Shown: positions 30,224-42,760, numbered from the stretch's first letter. The stretch is 64,000 nucleotides of DNA from an uncultured delta proteobacterium (GCA_963804165.1 CAWDPO010000023.1:192001-256000), one strand, 5' to 3'. Translations and numbers: made by a program. Notes: generated by a model from the letters alone, not told the origin.

Positions 30224-31081
30224 TTAATGCGCAGGCTTTTCCGCCGGAGCATAAAGAAATCCTGGATATCGTTCTTGCACACCGCCGGTTTTTTGTCCGA
30301 CAGCGAAAATGGTATCTCCGCGCTCCCTTGCTTTTACTAAACCTAAACTAAGAACGTTGCCGATTTTGAGCAACGCTTTCATTTGGAGTGTCCATATCCA
30401 TCCAAATTGCTGATCCTGGTAAACATCAACCGTTTTAAACACGCTAGGTGTATAGCCGCAAAGCTTGAGGAGCTCTCTTACTTCCCACGGAACATATTCA
30501 TGGTTGTGACGATCTGTACTAGGCTGCCGTTGATACACCGGATAAATATTGGGATTGCCGCCGCGTAGAATCCTAAGGATCGATCGAGTCGATGCGCAAT
30601 TTGGCGTGGACAGAATTAAACAGCCTCCCAACTTCGTGATACGATTGATCTCGGACATTGTTTGTAAGGGATCACGGCTCAGATGCTCTAAGACTTCGGT
30701 AAAAATTACGACATCGAATGAACCATCTTGATACGGGAAGGGTCCCTCGATGTCGAACCGATCAACGTGAAAAGAATACCTCTCTCCATTCCGCGCATTT
30801 TGCAGGAAGTTATCCTCGCTTGCAGGTTTCCGCTCCTGAAAAGGCTCCGTTAAAGTAATATCGGTGGCCCCAAGAATGTCCCTAAGAGCGGGTACTAGGC
30901 TTCCGTAAGAGCCCACATCGACGATACGCGTCCCCGGCTGAATTATGGCGCGAAGCAAAGACACCGTCTCGGCAAAACGATTCATGTGAACTTTCACGTA
31001 ATCGTTCACATACGCTATTGAATCATACTGTGGGGCCAGCAACGCGGTTTCAACGGCTCGTCGAAGTTCAAAAAAATCCAT
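30224..31081 (-). CDS. Class I SAM-dependent methyltransferase
   Basis: VDVGS, FDVVIFTEVLEHL, STPN. Confidence 0.88.
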   Translation of the reverse strand: MDFFELRRAVETALLAPQYDSIAYVNDYVKVHMNRFAETVSLLRAIIQPGTRIVDVGSYGSLVPALRDILGATDITLTEPFQERKPASEDNFLQNARNGERYSFHVDRFDIEGPFPYQDGSFDVVIFTEVLEHLSRDPLQTMSEINRITKLGGCLILSTPNCASTRSILRILRGGNPNIYPVYQRQPSTDRHNHEYVPWEVRELLKLCGYTPSVFKTVDVYQDQQFGWIWTLQMKALLKIGNVLSLGLVKARERGDTIFAVGQKTGGVQERYPGFLYAPAEKPAH

Positions 31082-31376
31082 TGAATTGAACGGTAATGGA
31101 GGTTATGAGATCGGCTGTGGATTAGGTGTCCAAGGAATCATTTTTTCAAAAAATAGTTGCCCTTGCCGTCTATTGAATTCAAGGATTCGGTCGATTGTGC
31201 TATACCAATCAACATTCCAATTTATGCAAATATAGCATAACCGCCTAGTTCCAGACACGACTTTCCATGGGAGATACCAAATCTTTTACATCTAAGCAGC
31301 GCCCATCGTTTTTAAATTCGTTGGGAGTTGTCATGCTACAGGCACAGCAGAACCGCGGAGACTTCGACATTAGATC

Positions 31377-32660
31377 TTGAAAGCACCCTCTATGTCACCC
31401 TTGCCGCATCTGCCCGGCGCTCAATCTAGTCGGCAAATCGCCATTATCTGCGATACCGTCCCATATCCAACGCGATCTGGCGACAATCAGCGTATCGCCG
31501 AACTTATTAGTGTTTTAAGGGAACAAGGATGGTATGTGCATCTTGTGCTTTGCGGCCTGATCGAGCGCAGATTTAGAAACATTTGTCGCTCGCACGTGGA
31601 CGCCTTGCATATCTACAGCGGCAGGGGACTGAGAACTCGTGTTCGAAATGCCTTGCGCCGCGCCGTCCGGTTGCTTGATCGCGCCGGAAAAATCGTCAGC
31701 ATACCGCCCATGGAAACAATTGCTAATCGACTGCTTGGTCGTTCTGTTTCGCCGTTCATTATTGACTATTGGCAACGTTACCCAAGAGGGGCTAAGCGAT
31801 TTTGTCGCGGAACTAGAGGCGCGTTTCCTGTGGAGGGCCGTGATCGTTGAATATATTTGGCTATACCAATCCAACAGACAAACTGAAGAATGGCATCATC
31901 CGGCTGCTTGACACACACGACATCCAGCACAAACGAGTTGAGGAATTCGCATCCCGAGGCATGATGTTTCCTCTGCAGATTACCCGAGACGAAGAACGCC
32001 GAATCTTCAACCAGTTCGACGCCGTAATCGCCATTCAAGCTGTGGAAGCGGAAGTAATAAGAGAAATGTGCCCGCAATTGAGGGGTGCTGACTGTAGGTT
32101 CGTCGGGATCTTCCGCGAGTGTTGCATCGATCCGCCCGGTGGAAGGGCGCATACTCTATGTAGGCGGTTATAACGGCGCCAACATTGACGGACTGCGCCG
32201 CTTTTTTCACTTTGTGTGGCCTAAGATTCTCCGACAAATTCCACATGCGAAACTGCACGTCTGCGGTCATATTTATCGAGCATTTCCCGGGCAGCGATTC
32301 GAAAATGTGAAGTTTCTCGGACACAAAGAGCGTATCGAAGAAGAATATGGCGAGGCTGCCGTGGTCATCAATCCTGCATGGATCGGCACCGGACTAAAGA
32401 TCAAAACGATCGAGGCGCTAACTCGTGGCAAGGCACTGGTGACAACCCCGAAGGGAATCGAAGGATTACCCAGTGGTGCCGAGCAAAGCGCGTTGATAGC
32501 GGAAGACGACGAGAAGTTTGCTGTTGACCTTATCCGGCTTCTGACCGATCGGGAATCGCGACAATCCTTGTCACAGTCGGCATTCGCTTTTGCCAATACT
32601 CACCTGAATAAGCGCGCTGTTTACAAAGAACTCTTTCATTTTCTAGATCATTTAAGGTAA
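31377..32660 (+). CDS. Glycosyltransferase family 4 (frameshifted)
   Basis: YPTRSG N-terminus, DTHD and GTGLKIKTIEAL in three successive frames. Confidence 0.8.
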
Positions 32661-32851
32661 ATATCGAGGTCTGAGCAAGCGCCAATACAAGGAACCCAAT
32701 CTCTTCTTCACCGGCGGACATAATCAAGGCTGTATCACGAGAAAATGAAATTGAATGCGCATTCCGAACCACGATAATGAGCTGCAAGTCGAGGTCATGC
32801 CCTGACCTCGTGGAGCTGGGCACAGACCGAGTTATACATTCTGATTGGCGG

Positions 32852-34075
32852 TCAATCTGCCGCGATCCATTCCGCAGGCATGGCGAACACTCCGCCGCCA
32901 TCGACCATTTTGCTCTCTAAATGAATTCCGATGGAAGTGGTCATCTGATGAATAGGCAATTCGTCGTACTGCGACGAATACGGCAACGCATACCCAATAA
33001 TCACCGCTGAGCAGACTGAGATCAGGATATCGTAAAACAATCGTTCCTTCGCCGGAGATTTCACCGCATTCGATACCATGTCGTTCTGTGTTCATTCCGT
33101 GGCAGAACAATCCGTCATTTCGATAAATTTGAACACGAAACACGGGATTCAATATTGGCCGATAAGCTTTGAATCCAATGATCACCCGCAGTTCGTCGTG
33201 AGTGTGAAAATAACTCTTCCTTGCCCCGTCGCCCCCACATACTTCAACTTCGACAATCTCGATCACTGGTTCATGAGCTGCTTCACTGAACTCTTTACGC
33301 TGTAGTTTCCTGGTGTTCAGCAGATTCATGTAACTCGCGATGACTTGATCCGCGCGTCCATTAGCTCGAATTAGCCCGTGATCTAATAGAAGCATCCTTT
33401 GGGCGATTTTCTCAATCTCTTGCAGGTTATGGGTCACAACGATAATCGTCTTCCCCGCTTTGATAAAAGTGTCAATTTGATCCAAGCAACGTTTTCTGAA
33501 CGCACCGTCCCCGACCGCCATGGACTCATCGACAATCAGGATATCTGGGTTAGTGCTTACGGCCACCGCAAAACCCAGTCGTACATACATTCCCGGAAGA
33601 ATATTGCTTCACCGGGCTATCGATAAATTCTTCTAACCCGGCGAAGTCGACGATGGAGTCAAATTTTTTCGTCATGTCGATCTTTACTAAACCCTAAAAT
33701 CGCTCCACTCAGATGAATATTCTCTCGGCCGGTGAGCGTGGGATGAAATCCGGCTCCCAACTCTAATAAAGCCCCAATGCGGCCGCTTATCCGAATTGAT
33801 CCCTTATCGGGCAATGTGACGCCATTCATTAACTTTAACAACGTGCTCTTGCCGGCGCCGTTTGGGCCGATCAGGCCAACACACTCACCGCGTTTCACTT
33901 CAAACGAAACATCGTTCAAGGCCCAAAACTCATCTCGACGTAAACGGCTCAAGCGCCGAGTTAGACCCAACATGTCGCATGCTACGTCCCTCACACCGTA
34001 AAACATGGTGCGTTTTAGCGAGCGGCAAAACTTCTTGCTCACGCCTTCTATGCTAATGATCGTATCTGTAGACAT
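32852..34075 (-). CDS. wzt: Polysaccharide export ABC ATP-binding protein with C-terminal carbohydrate-binding domain (frameshifted)
   Basis: GPNGAGKST, LELGAGFHP, RLGFAVA, VGDGAF, Wzt C domain. Confidence 0.88.
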
Positions 34076-34090
34076 GACGCGACACGGGGC

Positions 34091-34991
34091 TTAAGCGTAC
34101 CCTGCCACGCGGGGAATCGTTACTCGAAAGGCACGCCAACCGCCGAGCGCCAATGCCAGCGATAAAACATATGCTGCAGCGAACATTTCCGGTCTGGTTA
34201 AAAATCCTGCGGCGATGAGATCCTGGCTTGCGGTCAGAAGCGGGCTGAGTGGATTCAAGAGATTAACTAAGAAGAATGGCCACCGGACGGGCGGTGGATA
34301 AAGTACTGGCGTGAGAAACATGCCGATCGTGAGGGCTGTTCCAAGCGCATTTCCCGTATCCCGGATCACCAGATTGGCGATGGATAGGACAAAACCCAAC
34401 CCCAGGGCCAAGAGTATGACTGGTATTAACACGAGAGGGCACAAAAACGACTCCCCATGAGGGAGTGACGCCGTACCAGATAAAGACTGCAACGACCGGC
34501 ACAAGCCGCACAAAAAAATCAAAGACGGGCTGTCCTAGAGCCGCTATCACCAGAGCTTCCCGCGGAAAATTCACTTTGGTTACCAAAGATCCCGATGACA
34601 CCAAGCTCGTTGTGCAGCTAGAAAGACAACCGGCAAAGAGCTGCCATACACTTATCCCCCACAATGCGTATGCGACATAGGCGATCCGAGTCCCGCCAAT
34701 CGGCAAAACCCGTGATGCGTGAAGAAAGGCAAATACCCCGACAGTCGCGATTTGTGGGATGACGGCCCAGACATATCCCAGGATCGATTGGCGATAGCGC
34801 ACGGAAATGTCGCGGCGTATCAAGAGCCATATCAATCGGCGACTCTCGACCAATTCAGCAAACATTATCCTCCAACCGGAGACGCCATTACGTCGCATTC
34901 CATTGGGAGAATATACGATCTCCACTTCTTCACGACGCGAAGCAGCGCGTGGAACGATCTCGGGTTGATCCGAATTAATAGCGTCTTCCAT
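34091..34991 (-). CDS. wzm: Polysaccharide export ABC permease (frameshifted)
   Basis: RDISVRYRQSILG, KVNFPRE, FLTPVLYP, NPL. Confidence 0.88.
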
Positions 34992-35315
34992 GACAAATAA
35001 CTGCGCCTGGTACTGCAGCTTTAAAGAAGCCAATGCGCGAAAACGCCAGTGATTATACTTCGCTGCGGTGATTTTTGCCATTTTTTTGTGTTTAGCGTGA
35101 TTCATGGGGAAACCTTGGGAGTCCTTCGACCAAGCTCGGGACGAACGGCAGGGGATTTGATTATCATTCATGCCTCTCCGGTCTGCTGAGCGTGTCGAAG
35201 CATGAGGCACTCGAAGTCGATTGCCCCCATTGATTCGAGAGAAAACTGAGAATTTGAGATGGGGTGAGATCGGCTCAACGAGCGGGTAAGATGGACCCGC
35301 AGAAGATGTCGATCG

Positions 35316-35430
35316 ATGGGAAAACAACGACGAAATTTGAAACAGGGTTTAAGCATCCGATTGTCCAAGAAGTGGAATCGGGGCTGTTCTCAGTCAGCGC
35401 CGCCAGCCGCAAGCACCAGATCTACAGTAG
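35316..35430 (+). pseudogene. IS3-type transposase OrfA HTH remnant
   Basis: MGKQRR then FETGFK..IVQEVESG..SVSAASRKHQI across a frameshift; no DDE part seen. Confidence 0.45.
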
Positions 35431-35690
35431 CTGTTGTGATAATCAACTCGCCGATATTCAGGAGGAGCCTCAAAAGCGTTTGCGAGCCAAGGAAGAGGAA
35501 ATTGTCCAGCGCATCCACGAACGAGACATGAAGCGCGGTGAACGAAAACCATTGACGCATCTCGTCGATTAAGCGTACGCCTTCAGGCGCCTACAATGCT
35601 TTGAAAATCCTGCGCTGCATGGCATAGTGGAAACCGTTTGCTATAGCTTGCTTGAGAATGGGGCCGCGCGGTTTAAAAGATCTATAAAGT

Positions 35691-36578
35691 TTGCGTGATC
35701 CCGATGCTCCAAAATTTATCATGCCTCCGCCTCCCAGGGAACCGGCCATGTTTGATCGCTTGGTATGGCAACGTGACCGCATGTTGCTGGATGACCTCGT
35801 CTTCCGGCTCGAGCACTACCGGTCCGCAGATTGGGATGGAGGCGACCATTTTCGATTCTACAAGATCAAGGGACTGGTCGACCAATACGCAAATTACTTC
35901 TCCAGCCGCTCTGATTTCCGCCCCGAGCGAGTGATGGAGTTGGGCATATATGACGGTGGTAGCACCGCGTTCTGGTATGAACTGTTCCGTCCCCAAAAGA
36001 TGGTGGCCCTGGACATTCAGGATCAGACAGACACCCCTTATTTCCGCCGCTATGTCGAATCTCGCGGGGCGGGTGGGCGGATCAAGACTTACTGGAAGAC
36101 CAACCAAGCAGACAAAGCCCGGCTCCGAACGATTGTTGAAACAGAATTCGATGCCCCTCTCGATCTGGTGGTCGATGATGCCTCGCACTTGTATGGGCAG
36201 ACCCGAGCCAGCTTCGAAGCCTTATTCCCGTTATTTGTACCGGGCGGGCTGTACATCATCGAGGATTGGGCCTGGGGCCACTGGCCCGAGTTCATTTCAC
36301 CGAGCCACCCGTGGGCGGGCGAGGAGTCGTTGACACGACTCGTCGTCGAACTAATCGAAGCCGCTGGGACATCGATTCAACTGATCTCAAGCATCGTAGT
36401 GTATCGGGGTTTCGTAGTAGTCGAACGTGGCCCACAGCAGCTCAATAAAGCCACACATTTCAACCTCGAACATCACATTATCCGTCGCCCGGCTCGTCGG
36501 CTGACGAGTTTGTTCTTTCAGCTGGCAAGGAAGCTGAAGCGCGCGTTGGGAAAGCTCGTAAACCGATTCAACCGTTGA
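35691..36578 (+). CDS. Class I SAM methyltransferase (Methyltransf_24-like)
   Basis: ELGIYDGGS, DDASH, GGLYIIEDW. Confidence 0.85.
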   Translation: MRDPDAPKFIMPPPPREPAMFDRLVWQRDRMLLDDLVFRLEHYRSADWDGGDHFRFYKIKGLVDQYANYFSSRSDFRPERVMELGIYDGGSTAFWYELFRPQKMVALDIQDQTDTPYFRRYVESRGAGGRIKTYWKTNQADKARLRTIVETEFDAPLDLVVDDASHLYGQTRASFEALFPLFVPGGLYIIEDWAWGHWPEFISPSHPWAGEESLTRLVVELIEAAGTSIQLISSIVVYRGFVVVERGPQQLNKATHFNLEHHIIRRPARRLTSLFFQLARKLKRALGKLVNRFNR

Positions 36579-36846
36579 TCCGCGACCGCGAGCGACAGCT
36601 CAGACTCAACGTTCGCCACTAGGACGCAAATCAGATGTTGTGCGACCGTCGCTAAATCACCTTATTCATATCGGTGGAGAATTTAGCGACCTTCAGTTCT
36701 TTAGCTAAGTGAAGCCGGAAGACAAGCCCTATTTAGCAGTTTTGATGAAGTAGCATTTCGCGAGCGAGAAAAGCAGGTGATCTTCCGCCCGCGCCTCACT
36801 CCAAACTATAAACACCGGGGAAAGATCAAATTCTTTGTGCCGTAGG

Positions 36847-38009
36847 ATGCGCATTCTCGTTCTCACCAAACGTCAGTACATGGGAAAGGATCTCCTTGAC
36901 GACCATTTCGGCCGATTCCGGGAGTTGCCTTTGGAACTGGCACGCCTCGGACACGAAGTGCAGGGGCTCTGTTTCAGTTACCACGGCAATACGAGGGTAA
37001 ATTCGTCGATGGAGACGGCTCATCCAGCAGCGGAGTGACATGGGATTCGGTCAATTTGTTGAACGGCTATCTGCCACAAATCGAACGATATACGAGACGC
37101 GCACTGCAAATATGCCGGGGATTTTGTCCTGATATAATCTGGGCCTGCTCCGACGCTTATCACGCCATCTTCGGCAACTGGCTTGCCAAGCGCGTACAAT
37201 CGAAATGCGTGATCGATCTTTACGACAACTTTGAAGCGTTCAAAGCCAGCCAATTTCCCGGTGTCGTACCGCTGTTCCGCCGGGCCGTCAGGGCCGCCGA
37301 CGGAATCACTGCTTTCAGCAAGCGCTTGGCCGATCACGTCGCGCGAACGTATATGCGGACGAAACCGATATCGGTCATTGAGAGTGGCGCTGGGCCGAAC
37401 CTTTTTTTCCCGCGAGAGCGAACGGAATGCCGGCGGCATTTTGGCTTGCCGCAAGACGCCAAAATCATCGGCACGGCCGGCGCGCTGTACCGTAGTCGGG
37501 GCATTGAAACTCTATTTAAAGCGTTCGAACAGCTGTCTGCTGAAGGCGATGATCTGCATTTGCTGCTCGCCGGCCCGCGCGATCGAGAAATGTCAATCCC
37601 CGCCGGGCGGCGAGTTCACGACCTTGCCGAATTACCGCACGCGGAAGTGCCATTACTTTACAATTCGCTGGATGTCGCCGTGGTTTGTTACCGCCACTCG
37701 GCCCAAGGCGAATACAGTTTCCCGCAAAAAGCCTACGAGATCATCGCCTGCCGTGTGCCACTCGTTGCGGCAGCAGTGGGGTCTATGAACGAATTGTTAC
37801 TGAATTATCCCGACTGCTTGTACGAACCCGAAAATCCGTCCGCCCTTGCGACCGCCATCCGTGGTCAATTACAGACAAGGAAAGTGATCGATATACCGGC
37901 TCCCTCCTGGGCGGATTCGGCGAAGCACCTGAGCAATTTTTTTCTGCAGGTCAACGATGGCATTGCCGCGACGGCTGTGCAGGACGCAAAGAATCAGTCG
38001 CCAGGTTAA
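36847..38009 (+). CDS. Glycosyltransferase family 4 (frameshift near 37010)
   Basis: MRILVL start, DLYDNFE, FPQKAYE. Confidence 0.82.
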
Positions 38010-39157
38010 CTCGCTGCGCGTGTTGCCGCATCAAACACACCTTCATAAAGAACTGAAACGCGACGCCATGCGAAATCTTTGTTTACCCGACACCGCCCAT
38101 AGGAACCCATAGAGAAACGCAACTCACGGTCTTTCAAGAGTGAAATAATGATTTGGCTGAGCCCTAGGTAATCGCCCGGATCGACCAGGACTCCGCTTTT
38201 CCCCTCTTCCACCGCATCCGGTATCCCGCCGGCCCGGGTAGCGACAACCGGTTTTCCGGCAGCCGCCGCTTCGAGGACAACGATTCCGAATCCTTCGACA
38301 TCGTCGTCCACGTCCAACACCGGCAAAACCACCAAATCGCACGCCTGATACAACTTGATTACATCCTCGTCGCTGACCGAGCCAAGCAAGCGAACATGAT
38401 TTTCCAGACCGAGACTCGAAACGGCGTCTTTGATTTCGCTGATAACGTCATCTCGATGGGCCAGCGATGCGGTCGGATTATCGCCGGCGATCAAAAACAC
38501 AGTTTCCGGAACGGCTTGAACCACACTCGCGAGAGAACGTTCAATAAATTCTTTCACACCCTTGCGCCTTGCCAACCGCCCGACAAAAAGGATGATCTTT
38601 TTTCCTTCTACTGCCCAGGCTCGCTTGTCCGCGGCGATATCCGTTCGCTGATCAAACCGTTCACAATCCACTCCCGGCGGAATTACGGCGGTCCGTTCTC
38701 GTAGAACTCCCTTGGTTTGCGCCAGCTGTGCCGTGCATCGACTGTTGGCCACGACCCGATCGCACCATTTCAACCAGCGCACGCACAGCAGCTGATAGAT
38801 CACGCGACGATAAATTACATCGAGGCCATGAATCTGCATGACCGCGCGACGCGCGAAGACACGGGCGAGAATCACAACCAGAGGTGTCACGACCGCGCTG
38901 CCACCGAGCACGATGCGAATTTTTCGATCGCGCGCCAGGAGAGTGGCGCCGCGCCAAACGGCATAGAGAGCGAAGGCCACTAACCCGGGCAACGGCGCGC
39001 GAAAAACATTTTGGTCACCGGGCGCCGCAATAGGCGCATGCGCCGTAATGACCCGGACGGTGTGGCTCTTCTTGACTTCCGCACAGAGGCTACCGATCAG
39101 ATTTTCGATACCGCCCCGGCGCGGCGGGTAGTTCCAGGTGATGACGAGGACGTCCAT
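38006..39157 (-). CDS. Glycosyltransferase family 4
   Basis: YPPRRGGI, FVGRL..RKG, EGFGIVVLEA. Confidence 0.93.
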   Translation of the reverse strand: MDVLVITWNYPPRRGGIENLIGSLCAEVKKSHTVRVITAHAPIAAPGDQNVFRAPLPGLVAFALYAVWRGATLLARDRKIRIVLGGSAVVTPLVVILARVFARRAVMQIHGLDVIYRRVIYQLLCVRWLKWCDRVVANSRCTAQLAQTKGVLRERTAVIPPGVDCERFDQRTDIAADKRAWAVEGKKIILFVGRLARRKGVKEFIERSLASVVQAVPETVFLIAGDNPTASLAHRDDVISEIKDAVSSLGLENHVRLLGSVSDEDVIKLYQACDLVVLPVLDVDDDVEGFGIVVLEAAAAGKPVVATRAGGIPDAVEEGKSGVLVDPGDYLGLSQIIISLLKDRELRFSMGSYGRCRVNKDFAWRRVSVLYEGVFDAATRAAS

Positions 39158-39166
39158 TTGATGAGC

Positions 39167-39943
39167 TTACTGCCTGCGCGTGACACACAGATGGTAGACT
39201 TGGTATTGCCAGGATAGAGGCCACAGAGGCAACGCTATTGCCTGTGCGGCGCGAAGCGGCCATCCGTACTTGGGTCCGCGAAGGATCCACGATTTCGACA
39301 GCACGTGCAGATCTCTCCAACGGTGGAGAACAATGAGGCCGGCGGACTCGAAGAGTTCTCTCCACTCGCGCAACGAGCGAACATCTTCTTTCAGATCCGC
39401 CTGATGCGTACCGGAATAGAACCCCAAGCGTCGGGTTAAGAACCCGGAGTTTGGAACCAGGAGCAAGTACATTGCATTCGGCTTGGCTACCCGAACCATC
39501 TCGCGAAGCGCGCCTCGAGCATCTAAGAAATGTTCAAGAGCCCCGAGGCAAGAGATGAAATCAAACTCACGATCGCCGAAGGGAAGTATCTCCGCGGAGC
39601 CACAGCGGAGCTGCGCCTCGGGCAACACTCGACGGCAAACTTCCACCGCCTTTTGCGAGATATCAATCCCGGCTGGGGTGGCGCCAAGCGCAACGGCAGC
39701 CATAAGCCAATCACCGGTTCCGCAAGCTACGTCGAGTAGCCGTCGGCCATTCCAGGGTCCAAGTTTTTTTGCCAACTGCCGTAGGTGACGGGAGACAATA
39801 GGCGCCTCACCCGCATCCTTATAATAAATTTGATCGTAGAAGCGCCGGACTTCTGGATCGGCCTGAAGCGATGGATCGTCGTGGCGGTTTTCTTGCAATA
39901 CCATTTGCGGTCGCCGCGCGGCGACAGGCCGTTCGGAGCCCAA
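39167..39943 (-). CDS. Class I SAM methyltransferase
   Basis: LDVACGTG, LPF, ALEHF; start may be internal. Confidence 0.88.
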   Translation of the reverse strand: MGSERPVAARRPQMVLQENRHDDPSLQADPEVRRFYDQIYYKDAGEAPIVSRHLRQLAKKLGPWNGRRLLDVACGTGDWLMAAVALGATPAGIDISQKAVEVCRRVLPEAQLRCGSAEILPFGDREFDFISCLGALEHFLDARGALREMVRVAKPNAMYLLLVPNSGFLTRRLGFYSGTHQADLKEDVRSLREWRELFESAGLIVLHRWRDLHVLSKSWILRGPKYGWPLRAAQAIALPLWPLSWQYQVYHLCVTRRQ

Positions 39944-39950
39944 TCAGCGG

Positions 39951-40847
39951 TCAATCTTCCGCGTCACTCCGAAAATCTACAACGTGGCCGTGCCGTTCCA
40001 TGCGCAACAACGCGATCTGTTCGGAGACTAATCCGAGCATAAATATAATTACCGCGGTGGTGAACATGAATACTGACATGTTCGTGAACCGACCCTCGGT
40101 AAAATACGTATATACGTAGTTCGACATGCCGGCGAGGAAGAAAAAAATACTGACGGGCAGGAACACGCGAAACGGTGAAAATAGCGTTGCGATCTTGGTA
40201 ATGATGAGTAAGAAGCGAACGCCGTCGGTGACCAGACTGATCTTGCTTTGGCCGGCGCGGTAAAGTGTCTGGATGGGAACATATTTAACGGTGAATCCGG
40301 AGCGCAAAAAAGCCAACGTCAACGTCGTCGGATAGGAAAAAGTATTGGGCAAAAGATCGATAAACCGCAAAGCATCGCGGCGCGACAAGACTCGAAACCC
40401 GGACGTGAGGTCTTGCACTTTGAATTGGGTGACATAAGACGCGAGAAAATTATAGAGCAGGTTCGCCGCGTAGCGGTGAAATCTCAACTTCGATCCCTTG
40501 GCGCGCGCACCGACGACCATATGATAGCTGGAGGCCTGCGAGAGCAATTTGGGGATATCTTCCGGTGGATGTTGTCCGTCTCCGTCTAACAAGACGATGA
40601 TTTTCCCACGCGCCGCGCGGATGCCGCTTTTCACGGCGGCACCGTTGCCGATGTTGTAAGGATGACGAATCACGCTGGCGCCCGCGCTGAGGGCAATCTC
40701 CGCACTGTCATCGGTGGAACCGTCGTCGACTACGATGATTTCCGTACGTGAGAGTCTGAGCGACTGCACTTTGCCGAGGAGCGTCGCCAAGGTCGCCGCC
40801 TCGTTAAAGACCGGAATCACGACTGAGATATCGCAACCGCTAGCCAT
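39951..40847 (-). CDS. Glycosyltransferase family 2 (polyprenol-phosphate sugar synthase-like)
   Basis: VIPVFNE, VDDGSTD, DGDGQH, DLTSGFR and two C-terminal TM helices. Confidence 0.92.
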   Translation of the reverse strand: MASGCDISVVIPVFNEAATLATLLGKVQSLRLSRTEIIVVDDGSTDDSAEIALSAGASVIRHPYNIGNGAAVKSGIRAARGKIIVLLDGDGQHPPEDIPKLLSQASSYHMVVGARAKGSKLRFHRYAANLLYNFLASYVTQFKVQDLTSGFRVLSRRDALRFIDLLPNTFSYPTTLTLAFLRSGFTVKYVPIQTLYRAGQSKISLVTDGVRFLLIITKIATLFSPFRVFLPVSIFFFLAGMSNYVYTYFTEGRFTNMSVFMFTTAVIIFMLGLVSEQIALLRMERHGHVVDFRSDAED

Positions 40848-42621
40848 GGACTTGATAGACGGCATGGCCGCGGTCGCGAAAATTTAATATGAGCCGGTTT
40901 TGTGCGAACTGGTTCCACACCGCCGCTTGATTCGGCGTCAAATTATGACTCAAAAAATTTGCCAGAAGATCCTCGCGGATCATGAGATGAGTAATTTGTT
41001 TTCGCTTCAATGCGTGTTCGATTTGATCTGGGGTCTTAGATTCACGCAGGACTCCCAATAGATATCCCGGCAGATCGCCGCCGTCGTGAAAGTATTCTCG
41101 TTGGCAATAATACGCTCTTCGGCCTATAAAGAGAAGATAAATTTTCGCAGCCGGCGGAGTTCTGCGGTTGATGTATTCGAAAGAACTATACTCGGGCAAC
41201 ACCCGTGTGAGATAAACGTGACGGCTTTCGTCTCCGGCCAGGTACCTGAGCGGAGCCGCCTCCCGGAAATAGCCCCAAAGATAGATACCGTGCCACGCCG
41301 AGAACAAAACAATGCCCGCGAATAGATAGACCGGCCGCGTGATGCGCAAATAGACATTGAAGATGCCGTAGACCGCCAGAATCACGAGAGGAGGGACGAT
41401 CGAAAGAATATAACGAATACGCAGGTCGACGAGAAATAGAGCATACGATAGAAACAGAAACGCATAAGCCGCTAAACACTTTTTTTCTTCCAGCCATTTA
41501 CCTTTGAAGGCCCACGGTAAAAGGACGATCAATATCGGCGTCAGCACGCCGTCGAATAGTTGCGGATTGTCGTCTTGACCGGACAAAAAAATTCGCAGCG
41601 GCAGGCCAAGAATCTGCCAACTGTTCTCGCCGTAAAGCAACGCTCGTCTTTCTAGAATGGCGAGTCCGCCGAAATTTACCCCGGTGATTATTTCGACGTG
41701 GGTGGAAGGAAACCAACGGCCCAAAAGTGGATAGAATGGATTGCTGGTCTGAAACCAACTCTTAAGGAGCCAGGGCAAAAACGGCAGCAACGTCAATCCG
41801 CCGAACAGAAACAGCTCGCGGCCGATCTCAGTTAGGCGCTTTAGCGGTGGCTTCACGATGACGAGCAAGAACAGAAAAGAAATCAGCAGAGCCGCCACCA
41901 AGCCGTTGGGTTTGGTGGCAAGGGCAAATCCCAACGACAGCGCCGCAAGGCATAACCAACTAACGCTCTGGCGATCTTCGCGCCAGCGTAACAAAAACAG
42001 AAGGGAAGCCGTTATGTAGAACGTAATACCAAGATCGATGTAGCCCCAGTGACTCAGACGAGCGATCGCCGGCGTCGATAAATAGATAAAAAAACCGAGC
42101 AAACCATATACCGCATTCATGCGTCGGCCGAGATAGGCGAACAACAACAAACCCGTGAGATAGGCAAAAAGCCCATGAATCAACTTGGGAACGAAATCAT
42201 ATCCCCAATACACCCACGGGACGTACAGCATGTCGAGCAGCATCGGGTAGTAAGCGTACGGCGCCATCGGGACTTCGATGATCCGGCCGGCTTTAGCATA
42301 GAGTTTTGGGATTGCCAAGTGATGGGTGAGCTCGTCACGGCTGATCGGCGGCAGCAGACCTAGAATAACTTCAGTGATGATTAAAATTAAAATTGCCACC
42401 CAGAGGACACAGCCGACCCAGTTTGTCCGTCTTGGAATAGCGAGGAAAGTGGAAACAAAGAAACTCGCACTGAGGAGAAGAACTACGGCAACGCTGAAGT
42501 TGAGCGCTGAACTGCGAACGTAGCCTGCCAAACCGAATAGGAAGTAAACCGTTGCCGTGGAACCGAGCAGGCAGCCGATCCAACCAGTCCGCCTTAACAG
42601 GGGCGAAAAACGCTCTGGCAT
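40840..42621 (-). CDS. Polytopic membrane protein, GT-C/ArnT-like glycosyltransferase candidate
   Basis: Many TM helices; D..THHLAIPK, LATK and NPFYP motifs; overlaps the GT2 start. Confidence 0.65.
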   Translation of the reverse strand: MPERFSPLLRRTGWIGCLLGSTATVYFLFGLAGYVRSSALNFSVAVVLLLSASFFVSTFLAIPRRTNWVGCVLWVAILILIITEVILGLLPPISRDELTHHLAIPKLYAKAGRIIEVPMAPYAYYPMLLDMLYVPWVYWGYDFVPKLIHGLFAYLTGLLLFAYLGRRMNAVYGLLGFFIYLSTPAIARLSHWGYIDLGITFYITASLLFLLRWREDRQSVSWLCLAALSLGFALATKPNGLVAALLISFLFLLVIVKPPLKRLTEIGRELFLFGGLTLLPFLPWLLKSWFQTSNPFYPLLGRWFPSTHVEIITGVNFGGLAILERRALLYGENSWQILGLPLRIFLSGQDDNPQLFDGVLTPILIVLLPWAFKGKWLEEKKCLAAYAFLFLSYALFLVDLRIRYILSIVPPLVILAVYGIFNVYLRITRPVYLFAGIVLFSAWHGIYLWGYFREAAPLRYLAGDESRHVYLTRVLPEYSSFEYINRRTPPAAKIYLLFIGRRAYYCQREYFHDGGDLPGYLLGVLRESKTPDQIEHALKRKQITHLMIREDLLANFLSHNLTPNQAAVWNQFAQNRLILNFRDRGHAVYQVHG

Positions 42622-42760
42622 CAGCGTGCCGGGACCCGCATCGAAAAGATCGAGTTGATCACCGCGGATTGAGCGGCCACCCGACCATCCCGCCATGCTT
42701 GAATCTGCCGGGCGAGCAATAGATCAAGTTTTGACACCAAGGTTGGGATTATCGTCATTG

